A stretch of DNA of 64,000 nt from Candidatus Lindowbacteria bacterium RIFCSPLOWO2_12_FULL_62_27. GTDB lineage: Bacteria > Lindowbacteria > 2-12-FULL-62-27. Shown in pieces: positions 46,172-56,190 of this stretch (position 1 is its first letter; each line of letters starts with the position of its first letter). The stretch covers positions 1 to 64,000 of the forward strand of contig MFPR01000026.1 in assembly GCA_001784175.1 (NCBI GenBank). Direction: 5' to 3'. The notes under the pieces are model-generated. The model was not told the DNA's origin. It made no database searches and saw only the letters and a list, made by a program, of their open reading frames with translations. The position numbers and the translations under genes were made by a program.

Positions 46172-47202
46172 AGGTTCTGGTTGGCCTCTCCGGAGGAGTG
46201 GACAGTTCGGTGGCGGCGGCGCTCCTGCGAGAGGCAGGCCACGACGTCACCGCCTTCACGCTGCTGCTCGGCCATGCAGACCCGGACGGCGTGCATCGAT
46301 GCTGCCGGCCGTCGGACGTTCGGGACGCCCGTGCGGTGGCGGCGCGATTGGGAATTCCGCATTACGTGTGGGATTATCAGGAGTTGTTTCAGCAGAAAGT
46401 CGAGACGCCGTTTCTGCGCGGTTACGCCGCCGGGATCACCCCGAACCCGTGCGGCATGTGCAATCGGGATGTCCGGTTCGGCGCGGTGCTCGACCGCGCG
46501 ATCCGGCTGGGATACGACGCGCTCTCGACCGGCCACTACGCGCGAGCGTGGGCCGGGGGACTCTATCGCGGACTGGACCGGCAGAAGGACCAGTCGTATT
46601 TTCTTTCCAGAATTCCGGCTTCTTCGATTTCCAGGCTGGTGTTCCCGCTGGCGCATCTGACGAAGCCGCGCGTTCGGCAGATCGCCGCCGACATGGGGTT
46701 GCCGTCGGCCGAAAAACCGGAGAGCCAGGAAATCTGTTTCGTGTCCGGCCGAACCTCCGATTTTCTGGCCGCGCGTTTGGGGGAGACTCCGGGCGAAATT
46801 GTGGATGCGGCCGGCCGGACGCTGGGCCGGCACTCGGGGATCCATCAGTTCACGCCGGGCCAGCGCCGGGGAATCGGGATATCCGGTTCCGAGCCGCTCC
46901 ATGTCACCGCGTTGGATGCAGGGACGAACCGCGTGACAGTCGGCCCGAGGCGCTCAGTCTTTCGCGACCGCGTGCGTCTCGTGGAGTGCAGCCGGCTCCT
47001 GCCGCCGGATGATCCGTGGCCGGAAACGTTTGGCGCCCAGTTCAGGTACAGGGCGGTTCCGGCGCCCGCGCGAATCGCGGCGTCGTCCGGAAACGAAATG
47101 GATTTGATTCTGACCGAGCCTGCGTTCGCTCCGGCGCCCGGCCAGATCGCCGCGCTGTATGACGGCGACCGGGTGATCGCCTCCGGGCTTATTGCGGCCT
47201 GA
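46168..47202 (+). CDS. mnmA: tRNA-specific 2-thiouridylase
   Basis: SGGVDS; TPNPC..CN; TGHYAR; KDQSYFL; ESQEICF; PGQ. Confidence 0.95.
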   Translation: MKVLVGLSGGVDSSVAAALLREAGHDVTAFTLLLGHADPDGVHRCCRPSDVRDARAVAARLGIPHYVWDYQELFQQKVETPFLRGYAAGITPNPCGMCNRDVRFGAVLDRAIRLGYDALSTGHYARAWAGGLYRGLDRQKDQSYFLSRIPASSISRLVFPLAHLTKPRVRQIAADMGLPSAEKPESQEICFVSGRTSDFLAARLGETPGEIVDAAGRTLGRHSGIHQFTPGQRRGIGISGSEPLHVTALDAGTNRVTVGPRRSVFRDRVRLVECSRLLPPDDPWPETFGAQFRYRAVPAPARIAASSGNEMDLILTEPAFAPAPGQIAALYDGDRVIASGLIAA

Positions 47203-47435
47203 TGCCGCCGATCAAGCAGAAAATCGACGCGCTCGGATTGTTCTGCCCGGTCCCTTTGCATATGATCGGCCGGGCCTTCAGGAAAATGCAGGCCGGGGAT
47301 TGCGTGGAGCTGGTCGGAGACGACCCGGGCCTGCGGACCGACATGGAAGACTGGACGGCCGCGAACCGGCACAGGATCGTTGAGCGCCGGCAGGAAGGCC
47401 GGATCCTGGCCTTTGTGGTTGAAAAAGGACGCTGA
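47202..47435 (+). CDS. tusA: Sulfur carrier TusA family protein
   Basis: IDALGLFCPVP; GDDPG. Confidence 0.85.
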   Translation: MPPIKQKIDALGLFCPVPLHMIGRAFRKMQAGDCVELVGDDPGLRTDMEDWTAANRHRIVERRQEGRILAFVVEKGR

Positions 47436-47438
47436 CCG

Positions 47439-48203
47439 GTGCTCCATGGCAAAAAGATCGTGGTGGTGATGCCGGCCTACAATGCCGCCCGCACGGTCCG
47501 CCGCACGTACGAAGAAATACCAAAAGATATCGTCGATGACGTCATTCTGACGGACGACGCGAGTTCCGACGAGACGGTGGAACTTGCGCGTGCGCTGCCC
47601 ATCCGCGTCGTGCGGCATGACCGGACGACGGGATATGGCGGCAACCAGAAGACCTGTTACCGGGAGGCGCTCAAGGCCGGCGCGGACATCGTTGTGATGA
47701 TCCATCCGGATTATCAGTACACGCCGAAACTGATCACGGCGATGGCGGCGATGATCGCCCTCGGCGAATTCGACGTCGTGCTCGGCTCGCGCATTCTGGG
47801 CGGCGCGGCCCTCCGGGGCGGGATGCCGGCCTACAAATACGTGTCGAACCGGTTCCTGACGCTCCTGCAGAATTTTTTCATGGGCCAGAAAATTTCCGAA
47901 TATCATACGGGCTATCGCGCCTGGGACCGGCGGGTCCTGGAACGGTTGCCGGTTCTCGAGAACTCCGACGATTTCGTGTTCGACAACCAGATGCTCGCCC
48001 AGGCGTTTTATTTCGGATTCCGCATCGGCGAGATTTCCTGCCCCTGCCGCTATGAGGCGGACAGCTCGAGCATCAATTTCTCGAGGTCGGTCCGCTACGG
48101 GTTGGGGGTGCTCGGCGTGACGGCCCGGTATGTCCTGCAGCGTTGGGGCGCGATGCGTTTTTCTCTGTTTGATCCGGCCGGGCGGCGGCTGGAGCTTTCG
48201 TGA
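47439..48203 (+). CDS. Family 2 glycosyltransferase (polyprenyl-phosphate hexose transferase-like)
   Basis: VVVMPAYNAA; DDASSDET; GYGGNQK; HPDYQY; SEYHTGYRA. Confidence 0.9.
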   Translation: MLHGKKIVVVMPAYNAARTVRRTYEEIPKDIVDDVILTDDASSDETVELARALPIRVVRHDRTTGYGGNQKTCYREALKAGADIVVMIHPDYQYTPKLITAMAAMIALGEFDVVLGSRILGGAALRGGMPAYKYVSNRFLTLLQNFFMGQKISEYHTGYRAWDRRVLERLPVLENSDDFVFDNQMLAQAFYFGFRIGEISCPCRYEADSSSINFSRSVRYGLGVLGVTARYVLQRWGAMRFSLFDPAGRRLELS

Positions 48204-49795
48204 CGGTTCGCCGGCCCGAACTCGGGCTGTTTCTGATTTTCCTTTTCTCCGCCTCCTTCATTCATCATCCGGTGGAGTATGACAACACGCTGAGCCGTTT
48301 TTTTCTGTTAAGCGCGGTGGTCGATTACGGCCGGCTGGATATTGAGGCGTACAAAGATCAGACGATTGACATTTCCGTTGCCGGCGACAAGACGTATTCG
48401 AACAAGGCCATCGGCGCGCCGCTTGTGGCGGCCCCGATCTACTGGGCGCTCCGCCGCTGGACGCCGATCCGGCACGACGCGCCGCTCTCGCCGCGGGCCC
48501 GAAGGATATGCGTCTTTCTGACGACCACGGTTCCGTTCGCGCTTCTGGGGGTGGTGATGTACCGGGTCCTCCTTGGCATGGGCGCCGCGCCGATCAACGC
48601 CTATCTGGCGGTTCTGGCGTATGGATTGGGCACGATCGCGTGGATTCATGCCGCGATGTTCAGCGGCCATCAGGTGGCGGCGAACTTCGCGTTCTTTTCT
48701 TTCGCCTGTCTCCACGGTCGGGCGGATGGAGACCGCTGGAAATTTTTGGGCGCCGGCTGTCTGGCCGGCTTGGCGGCGTTGTCAGACTACACTGCGATCT
48801 TTCTCGCCATTTTGCTCGCGGCCTACGCGATGGCCGTGACGAGCCGGTGGCCCACCCGGGCCGCATTTCTCGCCGGCGTTGCGCTGTGCGGAGTTGTGTT
48901 GGCGGCGTACAACGGGAGGTGTTTTGGCGGAGCCTTCTCGTTTTCGTATGAGCACCTAGGGTACGGCGATTTCGCCGCGGGCGCCCGGCGGGGATTCATG
49001 GGGGTGGCGGCGCCGGTTCCCGAGTCTCTGATGGCCCTGATGTTTTCTCCGGCCCGCGGAATTTTTTTTATCATGCCCGTCCTGCTCCTGTCCCTGCCCG
49101 GATTCTGGCTCTGGTTTGAGCGAGTCCATGCGGCAGAAGGCGCTGCGCCGGATCGGGGCGCCGGCCTGGCGCCGTGGGTGGCCGGCGCGGCCGTGGTGGG
49201 ATACCTTTTGATCAATGCCGGCTTTTACGGCTGGCATGGCGGCTGGACGTTTGGCCCGCGATACCTGGCGCCGATCCTTCCTTTTCTCGTGTTGCCGCTC
49301 GCTTTTGCGCTGGATCGGCCGTGGTTCAGTGCGTTGTTTCTTGCGTCGTTTCTTCAAATCAGCGCTGCCCAGATGGTGATGCCGCATACGCCGGAGGAGA
49401 TACGCAATCCCATCGCGGAATGCCTGTATCCGTTGTTCCGATATGGCTATCGCTCGGATACGTGGGGTTCAAGACTGAGGATGTCCGAACTCATGTCCGC
49501 GGTCATATTCGTGTCGATTCTCGCCGCGCTGGTCTGGCGGACGCGTCCGGCGGCCTCGCCGGTCGCCCTGCCCGATGGGTCACAGGCGGTGCTGGCGGTC
49601 TGGCGTCCGATTTACCCTCTGGCGCTGGCCGGCATCATCATCGGACTTTTCCTGACGAGGTCACCGGCCACGGTGGACATTCACACCTACAATTCGCGTC
49701 TCCTGGCCAGTCTCGCGGGCGCGACGGGCTCGGAGGCGTTGTCTGCCGCCGCTCTGCAGGAGGCCCGCCGCTCGCCGCGAGGGATCCTGCCCTGA
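48200..49795 (+). CDS. Polytopic membrane protein, GT-C-like glycosyltransferase
   Basis: About 10+ TM segments; YSNKAIG loop; FSPARG; WHGGWTFGPRYL. Confidence 0.6.
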   Translation: MTVRRPELGLFLIFLFSASFIHHPVEYDNTLSRFFLLSAVVDYGRLDIEAYKDQTIDISVAGDKTYSNKAIGAPLVAAPIYWALRRWTPIRHDAPLSPRARRICVFLTTTVPFALLGVVMYRVLLGMGAAPINAYLAVLAYGLGTIAWIHAAMFSGHQVAANFAFFSFACLHGRADGDRWKFLGAGCLAGLAALSDYTAIFLAILLAAYAMAVTSRWPTRAAFLAGVALCGVVLAAYNGRCFGGAFSFSYEHLGYGDFAAGARRGFMGVAAPVPESLMALMFSPARGIFFIMPVLLLSLPGFWLWFERVHAAEGAAPDRGAGLAPWVAGAAVVGYLLINAGFYGWHGGWTFGPRYLAPILPFLVLPLAFALDRPWFSALFLASFLQISAAQMVMPHTPEEIRNPIAECLYPLFRYGYRSDTWGSRLRMSELMSAVIFVSILAALVWRTRPAASPVALPDGSQAVLAVWRPIYPLALAGIIIGLFLTRSPATVDIHTYNSRLLASLAGATGSEALSAAALQEARRSPRGILP

Positions 49796-49834
49796 TGCCT
49801 TGTCTTTCACGGAATCTTCGGTACAGTTGAACTC

Positions 49835-50818
49835 ATGGAACCGAACGGCAGTCTGACCTGCGCGGTGATCGGAGTGGGTCATCTGGGATTCCATCATGCG
49901 AGGATCCTGTCCGACCCCGATCTGGCGCGTCTCGTCGGAGTGGTGGACGTGCGGGAGGACCGTGCGCGTGAAGTGGCGGAGAAGTTCAAGGTTCGTGCCT
50001 ATTCGAGCGTGAAGGATCTCCCGGCGGTCGATGTGGCGGTGGTGGCCGTGCCGACGAGCATGCACGCGGAGGTGGCGGTGGAATTGCTACAGCGCGGCGT
50101 TCACGTGTTCGTCGAAAAACCGATCGCGCAGAATCTCCGCGAGGCCCGCCGGATCGCCCATGCCGCGCGGCGGTTCGGCCGGACCGTGCAGGTGGGCCAC
50201 GTGGAGCGGTTCAATCCGGCGCTGTATGAGGTGCGGGACCGCGTGACCGACCCGCGGTTCATCGAGATCCACCGGCTGAGCCCTTTCCCGGAGCGCGCGA
50301 CGGACGTTTCGGTGGTGCTGGACGTGATGATCCACGATCTGGACATTGTCCTCCAGTGGATGGCCGACCGGCATCGCCGGCTCCTCAAAGTCAGCGCGGT
50401 CGGGACGCCGGTCCTGACGGACCGCCTCGACATCGTGAACGCGCGGCTTGAATTTCAGGGCGGCGTCGTCGCGAACGTCACGGCCAGCCGGATCTCGGCC
50501 GAGGCGATGCGCAAAATCCGCGTGTTCCAGCCCGACAGCTACCTCTCGGTCGACACTTGGGGCCGATCCTACGAATTTTACCGAAAACGCTCCCCCGGCC
50601 CCCTCCGGTCGCTTTTCGATCTCGAGATCGACCGGAAAGATTTCCAGACCAGCGAGGAGCCCCTACGCCGGGAACTCCGGCACTTCCTGAACTGCCTCCG
50701 GGAGTCCCGCCCGGCCGAGCCGTCGGCCGCCGAGGCCACGCGTGCGCTCTCCCTGGCGCTCCGCATCGAGCGCCTGGCCGCCCGGTCCGCCCGGCCCCGG
50801 CCCCGGCCCCCCAAGTGA
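49835..50818 (+). CDS. Gfo/Idh/MocA oxidoreductase (GnnA-like by context)
   Basis: GVGHLG; VEKP; VGHVERFNPA; DVMIHDLD; adjacent to lpxB. Confidence 0.85.
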   Translation: MEPNGSLTCAVIGVGHLGFHHARILSDPDLARLVGVVDVREDRAREVAEKFKVRAYSSVKDLPAVDVAVVAVPTSMHAEVAVELLQRGVHVFVEKPIAQNLREARRIAHAARRFGRTVQVGHVERFNPALYEVRDRVTDPRFIEIHRLSPFPERATDVSVVLDVMIHDLDIVLQWMADRHRRLLKVSAVGTPVLTDRLDIVNARLEFQGGVVANVTASRISAEAMRKIRVFQPDSYLSVDTWGRSYEFYRKRSPGPLRSLFDLEIDRKDFQTSEEPLRRELRHFLNCLRESRPAEPSAAEATRALSLALRIERLAARSARPRPRPPK

Positions 50819-50869
50819 TATCATGATATCATGATAGCTATCATGATATCATGATATCATGATATCACT
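50814..50869. repeat. 56-bp TGATATCA palindromic element, copy 2
   Basis: Identical to 29197-29252. Confidence 0.95.
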
Positions 50870-50874
50870 CTGCC

Positions 50875-52020
50875 ATGCCGTGCCGTATTTTTGTTTCATC
50901 CGGCGAGCTGTCGAGCGAGCTGCACACCGAGATGGTCCTTCGCGCGTTCGAGCGGCGGCACGCCGGCCGGTTTGAATTTTTCGGCCTCGGCGGCCGGATC
51001 GCCGAGGCGGCGGGGCTGCGGCTTTGTGAGAACATTGTGGACCGCGCGGTCATCGGATTTTCGGAGGCGGTGCGCCACCTCGGATACTTTCGAAGGCTGC
51101 TCCGGACGGTGGATGCGATGATGGCACGCCGGGAGATGGACGGGGTCTTCCTCGTCGACTATCCCGGCTTGAATCTGCACATTGCCCGAATGGCCGCGCG
51201 GTATCGCCTGCCGGTGGTGTATTACATCAGTCCGCAGGTCTGGGCCTGGCACCGGAGCCGGGTCCGGATCCTGGCGAGGTGCATTCGGAAAATGCTCGTG
51301 ATTTTTCCTTTCGAAGTTCCCATCTACGAGGCGGCCGGATGTCCCGTTGAATTTGTGGGCCATCCCTTTGTCGACCGCGTGGCGCCTCAACAAACCCGCG
51401 CGGAGACGCGCCGGTCGATCGGGATCGGCGAGGCGGACCGCCTGATCGCGCTTCTGCCGGGCAGCCGCCGGCAGGAAGTGCATCGGCATTTCCCGGTCAT
51501 GTGGGAGGCGGTGAAAGGCCTGTCGCGGAGCGGCCCGGTGACCGCGGTTATCGGCGTTGCCTCCACGGTCCCGGCAACGTTCTACCGGTATGCGACGCAG
51601 GACACGCCGCCCGGGCTGAAAACTTTTCTGATCGAGGACGAAAAGAGCCGGCACAACCTGATCGCCGCGTCGGACCTGGCGCTGGTCACCACCGGCACGA
51701 TCACCATTGAAACGATGCTGCTCGGGACGCCGATGGTCGCCGGCTACCGGCTCTCCCCGCTGTCGTATGCGCTCGCGCGGCTTCTGGCGAAGGTGCGATA
51801 CTGCGCGATGCCGAATCTGCTGGCGGACGAGCCGATCGTTCCGGAACTGATCCAGCGCCGGTTCACGCCGGAGCGTGTCCGGGCCGAAGCCGAAAAAATT
51901 CTGACCGATCCCGCACGGTCGGATCGCCAGCGCTCCGGCCTGCGCCGGACCGCGGCCCTTCTGGGACCGCCGGGCGCCGCAGACCGGGTGGCGGCCCACG
52001 CTGCGGGAGTTTTCCTCTGA
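50875..52020 (+). CDS. lpxB: Lipid-A-disaccharide synthase
   Basis: GELSS; VDYPGLN; YYISPQVWAW; IFPFE; VGHP; LLPGSR. Confidence 0.93.
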   Translation: MPCRIFVSSGELSSELHTEMVLRAFERRHAGRFEFFGLGGRIAEAAGLRLCENIVDRAVIGFSEAVRHLGYFRRLLRTVDAMMARREMDGVFLVDYPGLNLHIARMAARYRLPVVYYISPQVWAWHRSRVRILARCIRKMLVIFPFEVPIYEAAGCPVEFVGHPFVDRVAPQQTRAETRRSIGIGEADRLIALLPGSRRQEVHRHFPVMWEAVKGLSRSGPVTAVIGVASTVPATFYRYATQDTPPGLKTFLIEDEKSRHNLIAASDLALVTTGTITIETMLLGTPMVAGYRLSPLSYALARLLAKVRYCAMPNLLADEPIVPELIQRRFTPERVRAEAEKILTDPARSDRQRSGLRRTAALLGPPGAADRVAAHAAGVFL

Positions 52021-53810
52021 TGTCTCCCCCGCCGCGTTCTCATTTGCGCCGGATGCTCGCGTATCTGCGTCCGCACCGGGCGCTTCTGGGCATCGCCATC
52101 GGCTGCATGGGCCTGTATGCGGTCTTCCACGCGCTGTCGATCCTTCTCATGAAGCCGATCCTGGACAATATCTTCTTCACGACGGCCGGCCCGCTCACGT
52201 TCACGATTCCGTACGTGAACTGGTCGTTCGGGTTTCCGGACCGCATGAAATTTCTGGCGTTCGTGTCGGCCGCCATCGTGCTGACCTACTTCACCAAATC
52301 GATCTCCTCCTTCGGTCAGGAATACCTGATGACGTGGGTCGGGATGCGGATTCTTCAGAGGCTGCGCAATCAACTCTTCGAAAAATACACGCGGATGCCG
52401 CTGGAATTTCTGGAAGGCGAGCGCGCAGGGAAGCTTCTGTCGGTCAGCCTGAACGATGTGGGTCTCGTCTATTCCTCCACCGTGCGCCTCGTGACGGACG
52501 TCATCCTGCAGCCCTTCGTGATACTCTTTTTGGTCCTTCTCGCCTTGACGCTGGTCCCGCCCGTGCTCTCGGTGGCCTCCTTTGTGGTGCTGCCATTCAT
52601 CGCGGGCTTGATCACGTATTTTGGCCGGAAGATGAAGCGCGCGACGACGGGCGCGCAGGTCAAGATCGAAGATCTGACGCAGGTCCTTTCGGAAAAAGTG
52701 GCCGGTATGAAGATCGTCCGGATCTTCGGCCAGGAGGAGACCGAGCGCGCGAAATTCGAGCGCGAGTCCGAGGGGTACTTTCACTGGAGCATGAAGCAGG
52801 CGAAGATTTCGAGCCTGTCGGGCCCGCTGATGGTGTTTCTCGGGGGACTGGGCGTGTCGGTGGCCGTCTACTATGGCGGGTATCTCGTCGTGACGCAGGC
52901 GATCACCACCGGTTCCTTCGGCGCTTTTGTGACCGCCGTGATTTCGATCTACCGGCCGATCAAGAGCCTGACGAACCTGAACAACAGTTATCAGCAGGGC
53001 GCCGCGGCCGCGGAGCGCATCTTTGCGTTTCTGGACGTCCCCGACGCTCCGGACCCGGACGTGGGACAGCCTGCGAGATTCGAGCGGGAGATGTCATTTC
53101 ATCAGGTGCAGTTCACTTACAACGGCACCGAAGCGCCCGTGTTGAAAAACGTCGATCTTTCGATCCGAAAGGGCGAGCATGTCGCCTTTGTGGGCGTCAG
53201 CGGCATCGGCAAGACCACGCTGCTCATGCTGATTCCGAGGCTGCTGGAGCCGACCGGCGGCGAAATCAGGCTGGACGGCGTTCCGCTGCCCGAGATCAGC
53301 CCCCGGACGCTTCGCCGTCTCATGGCGGCCGTGGTCCAGGAAGTGGTTCTCTTCAACGACACGGTCGGCGCGAACATTCAGTATGGCCGTCCGGGCGCGG
53401 GGATGGCGGAAGTGGAAGCAGCCGCGCGCGCCGCCGACGCGCACGAGTTCATTCAAGCGCTTCCGCAGAAATACGAGACCGTGATCGGCGACCGCGGATC
53501 GAAACTATCGGGCGGGCAGCGGCAGCGGATCGCGATTGCGCGCGCTTTTTTGAAGAACGCGCCGATTTTGATCCTCGACGAGGCGACGTCGAACCTGGAT
53601 TCGGAATCGGAGCGCGAAGTTCAGAACGCCGTCGAGCGTCTTGCTTCCGGCCGGACCACACTGGTGGTGGCGCACCGGCTGTCGACCATCCGCCGCTGCG
53701 ACCGGATCTACGTTTTGAGAGATGGCCGGATCCTGGACGCCGGCGCCCACGAGGAACTCATGTCCCGATGCGAGGCCTATCGAACGACCGTTTCCCTCCA
53801 GTCGCTCTAG
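52020..53810 (+). CDS. msbA: Lipid A export ABC transporter (permease + ATPase)
   Basis: TM domain plus GVSGIGKT, LSGGQRQR, ILDEATS; follows lpxB. Confidence 0.85.
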   Translation: MSPPPRSHLRRMLAYLRPHRALLGIAIGCMGLYAVFHALSILLMKPILDNIFFTTAGPLTFTIPYVNWSFGFPDRMKFLAFVSAAIVLTYFTKSISSFGQEYLMTWVGMRILQRLRNQLFEKYTRMPLEFLEGERAGKLLSVSLNDVGLVYSSTVRLVTDVILQPFVILFLVLLALTLVPPVLSVASFVVLPFIAGLITYFGRKMKRATTGAQVKIEDLTQVLSEKVAGMKIVRIFGQEETERAKFERESEGYFHWSMKQAKISSLSGPLMVFLGGLGVSVAVYYGGYLVVTQAITTGSFGAFVTAVISIYRPIKSLTNLNNSYQQGAAAAERIFAFLDVPDAPDPDVGQPARFEREMSFHQVQFTYNGTEAPVLKNVDLSIRKGEHVAFVGVSGIGKTTLLMLIPRLLEPTGGEIRLDGVPLPEISPRTLRRLMAAVVQEVVLFNDTVGANIQYGRPGAGMAEVEAAARAADAHEFIQALPQKYETVIGDRGSKLSGGQRQRIAIARAFLKNAPILILDEATSNLDSESEREVQNAVERLASGRTTLVVAHRLSTIRRCDRIYVLRDGRILDAGAHEELMSRCEAYRTTVSLQSL

Positions 53811-53811
53811 C

Positions 53812-54459
53812 GTGCTGAAGCAGAAACTCATGGCCGGCCTGTGCGAACGTCTGGGCCCCTGGTGGATAGACAGCATGGGGTCGTCGTTGGCGTGGGAGGT
53901 GCGCGGGCGCGAGCATTGGGAAGAGGTGCGTGAGCGCGCGCACGTGCTGGTGTTCTGGCATGCGCGCGTGCTCCTGATGGCGTATTTTTTCCGTCACCGG
54001 GGCTATCACGTGGTGGCTTCGGAAAACGCGGATGGCGACATGGCCGCGCGGTCCGTTCTGCGGCTTGGCATCGGATCCCTGAGAGGTTCGACCAGCCGCG
54101 GCGCCTCCAAGGTATTGCTGGGCGCCGCCCGGTTGTTGAAGTCCGGCCGGCCGATCGCGTTCACGCCGGACGGACCGCGTGGCCCGCGGCACGTATTTCA
54201 GCCCGGCGCCCTGTCGGCGGCCCGACTGGCCGGCGTTCCGGTCCTTCCGGCGACCGTTTCAGTGGACCAAGCTTGGATTCTGCCGAGTTGGGACCGCTTT
54301 GTCCTCCCGCGTTTTGGCGCGAGGGCCGTACTCCAGTTTCTGCCCGCCGCCGCGCCGCCGGCTCGAAACGATCTGGAAACAGTCCGGGAGGAGCTTGAGA
54401 AGGCGCTCGTGGCGGCCACCGATGGGCTGGACGCAGAACTTGGGCTGGTGATCCCATAG
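53812..54459 (+). CDS. DUF374 lysophospholipid acyltransferase family (LpxJ-like)
   Basis: FWH; S..ADG; RGSTSRGA; TPDGPRGP; SWDRF..P. Confidence 0.8.
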   Translation: MLKQKLMAGLCERLGPWWIDSMGSSLAWEVRGREHWEEVRERAHVLVFWHARVLLMAYFFRHRGYHVVASENADGDMAARSVLRLGIGSLRGSTSRGASKVLLGAARLLKSGRPIAFTPDGPRGPRHVFQPGALSAARLAGVPVLPATVSVDQAWILPSWDRFVLPRFGARAVLQFLPAAAPPARNDLETVREELEKALVAATDGLDAELGLVIP

Positions 54460-55829
54460 TGAAGCCGGTCCTTGCGCTTTTCTTGTGCGGCGTGTGTCTC
54501 ACGTGCGCGGTCCGGAGCGGCCAGCCGGAAACGGTCGACGAACTGTTGCCGCTTTACGCCTCCGTCTCGTTTCTGGATCACGGCGATTTCGACATTCCGG
54601 TTCGCGACACGTTTTATCCGGGGTTTTACGTAGAAGGCGCCGACGGCCGGTATTATCAGAAGTTCGGTCCCGGCCAGGCGTTCGTACTGGCGCCATTTGC
54701 GGCGATCGGCCGCGCCGTTACAGGCGCCGATGCGTCGCCGGCGGTTCGAGGGCGGAACATCCTGCAGTCGGCCCTGTTTTTCGGAATGTTCGTCGTGCCG
54801 CTGACGGCGGTTGTCTTTTTTCTGTTCTGTGTCGATCTCGGCTATTCGGAGAAAACGAGCGCCCTCGCCGCCCTGTCGATCATGGCCGCCACCGAGCTCT
54901 TGCCCTACTCGCGGACGCTTTTCGGCGACCTGACGTGCGCGTTTCTCGGCCTGAGCGCATTTTTCCTGATCGCGACGCTGAAACCGGATTCAACGGCCCG
55001 CGCCGCGGCCGCCGGCCTGTGTGTGGGGTTGTCCATCCTGGTGCGTCCGGTCTCGGTGCTGTTCGCGCCCGCGTTTGTGCTGTGCCTGATCCTCATCTGG
55101 AAACGCGAATCCTTTCCGATTCCGGTCTGCCGCCGGCACCTGATGGCGGCCGTCGTCCCGGCCGCCCTTCTCGGCTCGGCGCTTCTGGCCTACAACCGTC
55201 ATGCCTTCGGTTCATTTTTCTCCAGCGGATACGGATCGGAGATGTTTCAATTCGACGAGCCTCTCTGGCGCGGCGCATGGCATCTATTGTTTTCCTTCGA
55301 GAAGGGATTCTTCATTTATTCTCCCGTCGTGCTGCTGTCCTTATTGTTCTGGCGCCATTTTCATCGCGCCCATCCGCAGGTTTCCCTTGCCATCCTCGTT
55401 TATGCCGGTTTGTATCTCATCGTCTATTCCGGCTGGTACGCGAGCAGCCCCGGAAAAGAACTCTCCTACGGCCAGCGATTTCTTCTGCCGGTCGTCCCGG
55501 TCGCCCTCCTGGCCCTCCCCGAATGCCTGTCGCGTCTTCGGCGGAATGTGTGGAGCATTGCGGCTGTGCTGGTTCTGTGGGTTTCGTTTCTTGTCCAAGC
55601 GGCGGGATGTCTTCAAACGGGCCTCGCGTACAGAAATTGGGCCGCCCAGTTCGAGTCGGAGCCCTCGCCGCTTGTGGGATATGTTCTTCTGACCGTCCGG
55701 GACCCCGCAACGATTCGAGTGTGGTGGTGGCAGAGCGGCGCCCTCGGGCGCTCCGCGGGTGTGGCGCTCGTGTGCCTGGCGGTCTACTTTGCCGTTCTCA
55801 GCGTCCGCCGCAATCGAGCGGCGGGATGA
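54459..55829 (+). CDS. Polytopic membrane protein, GT-C-like glycosyltransferase
   Basis: YYQKFGPGQ loop; FSFEKGFFIYSP; YGQRFLLP; same architecture as 48200-49795. Confidence 0.6.
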   Translation: MKPVLALFLCGVCLTCAVRSGQPETVDELLPLYASVSFLDHGDFDIPVRDTFYPGFYVEGADGRYYQKFGPGQAFVLAPFAAIGRAVTGADASPAVRGRNILQSALFFGMFVVPLTAVVFFLFCVDLGYSEKTSALAALSIMAATELLPYSRTLFGDLTCAFLGLSAFFLIATLKPDSTARAAAAGLCVGLSILVRPVSVLFAPAFVLCLILIWKRESFPIPVCRRHLMAAVVPAALLGSALLAYNRHAFGSFFSSGYGSEMFQFDEPLWRGAWHLLFSFEKGFFIYSPVVLLSLLFWRHFHRAHPQVSLAILVYAGLYLIVYSGWYASSPGKELSYGQRFLLPVVPVALLALPECLSRLRRNVWSIAAVLVLWVSFLVQAAGCLQTGLAYRNWAAQFESEPSPLVGYVLLTVRDPATIRVWWWQSGALGRSAGVALVCLAVYFAVLSVRRNRAAG

Positions 55830-55830
55830 G

Positions 55831-56013
55831 TTACGCCGAAATGTCGACTTTGTTCCCGGTTCCGACGGCCTGAAACAGCGGCCGAACCAGCTTGGGTTGT
55901 TCGGCTGTGAACTCCATCCGTTTGTCGCTTGATTCCCGCACCACCTCGTAACGGGACATTTGGGCCTGATGGCTGATGGATTCCATGTAATCGGCGAACG
56001 GACTGACACTCAT
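55831..56013 (-). CDS. Small hypothetical protein (60 aa)
   Basis: Strong SD AGGGAGGA before ATG 56013; ends 'GNKVDISA'. Confidence 0.5.
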   Translation of the reverse strand: MSVSPFADYMESISHQAQMSRYEVVRESSDKRMEFTAEQPKLVRPLFQAVGTGNKVDISA

Positions 56014-56128
56014 GGCGGCTTCCTCCCTGAAATGCATGCCGGCCGTTCGCTCCGGAACGGCCCGCCCATTTTCCCCCAACTCGACGGATGGATTGTACGG
56101 CGCTTGAGGGTCGAAGTCAAATTCATGT

Positions 56129-56190
56129 TCGGCCCAACCGCAGGCCTATTGAGGTTGTCGAATCGCTCGTGCCCAAGTAGGTTGGGCCGA
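56129..56190. repeat. REP-like inverted repeat
   Basis: TCGGCCCAACC / GGTTGGGCCGA 11-bp IR; right arm begins GTAG. Confidence 0.45.
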
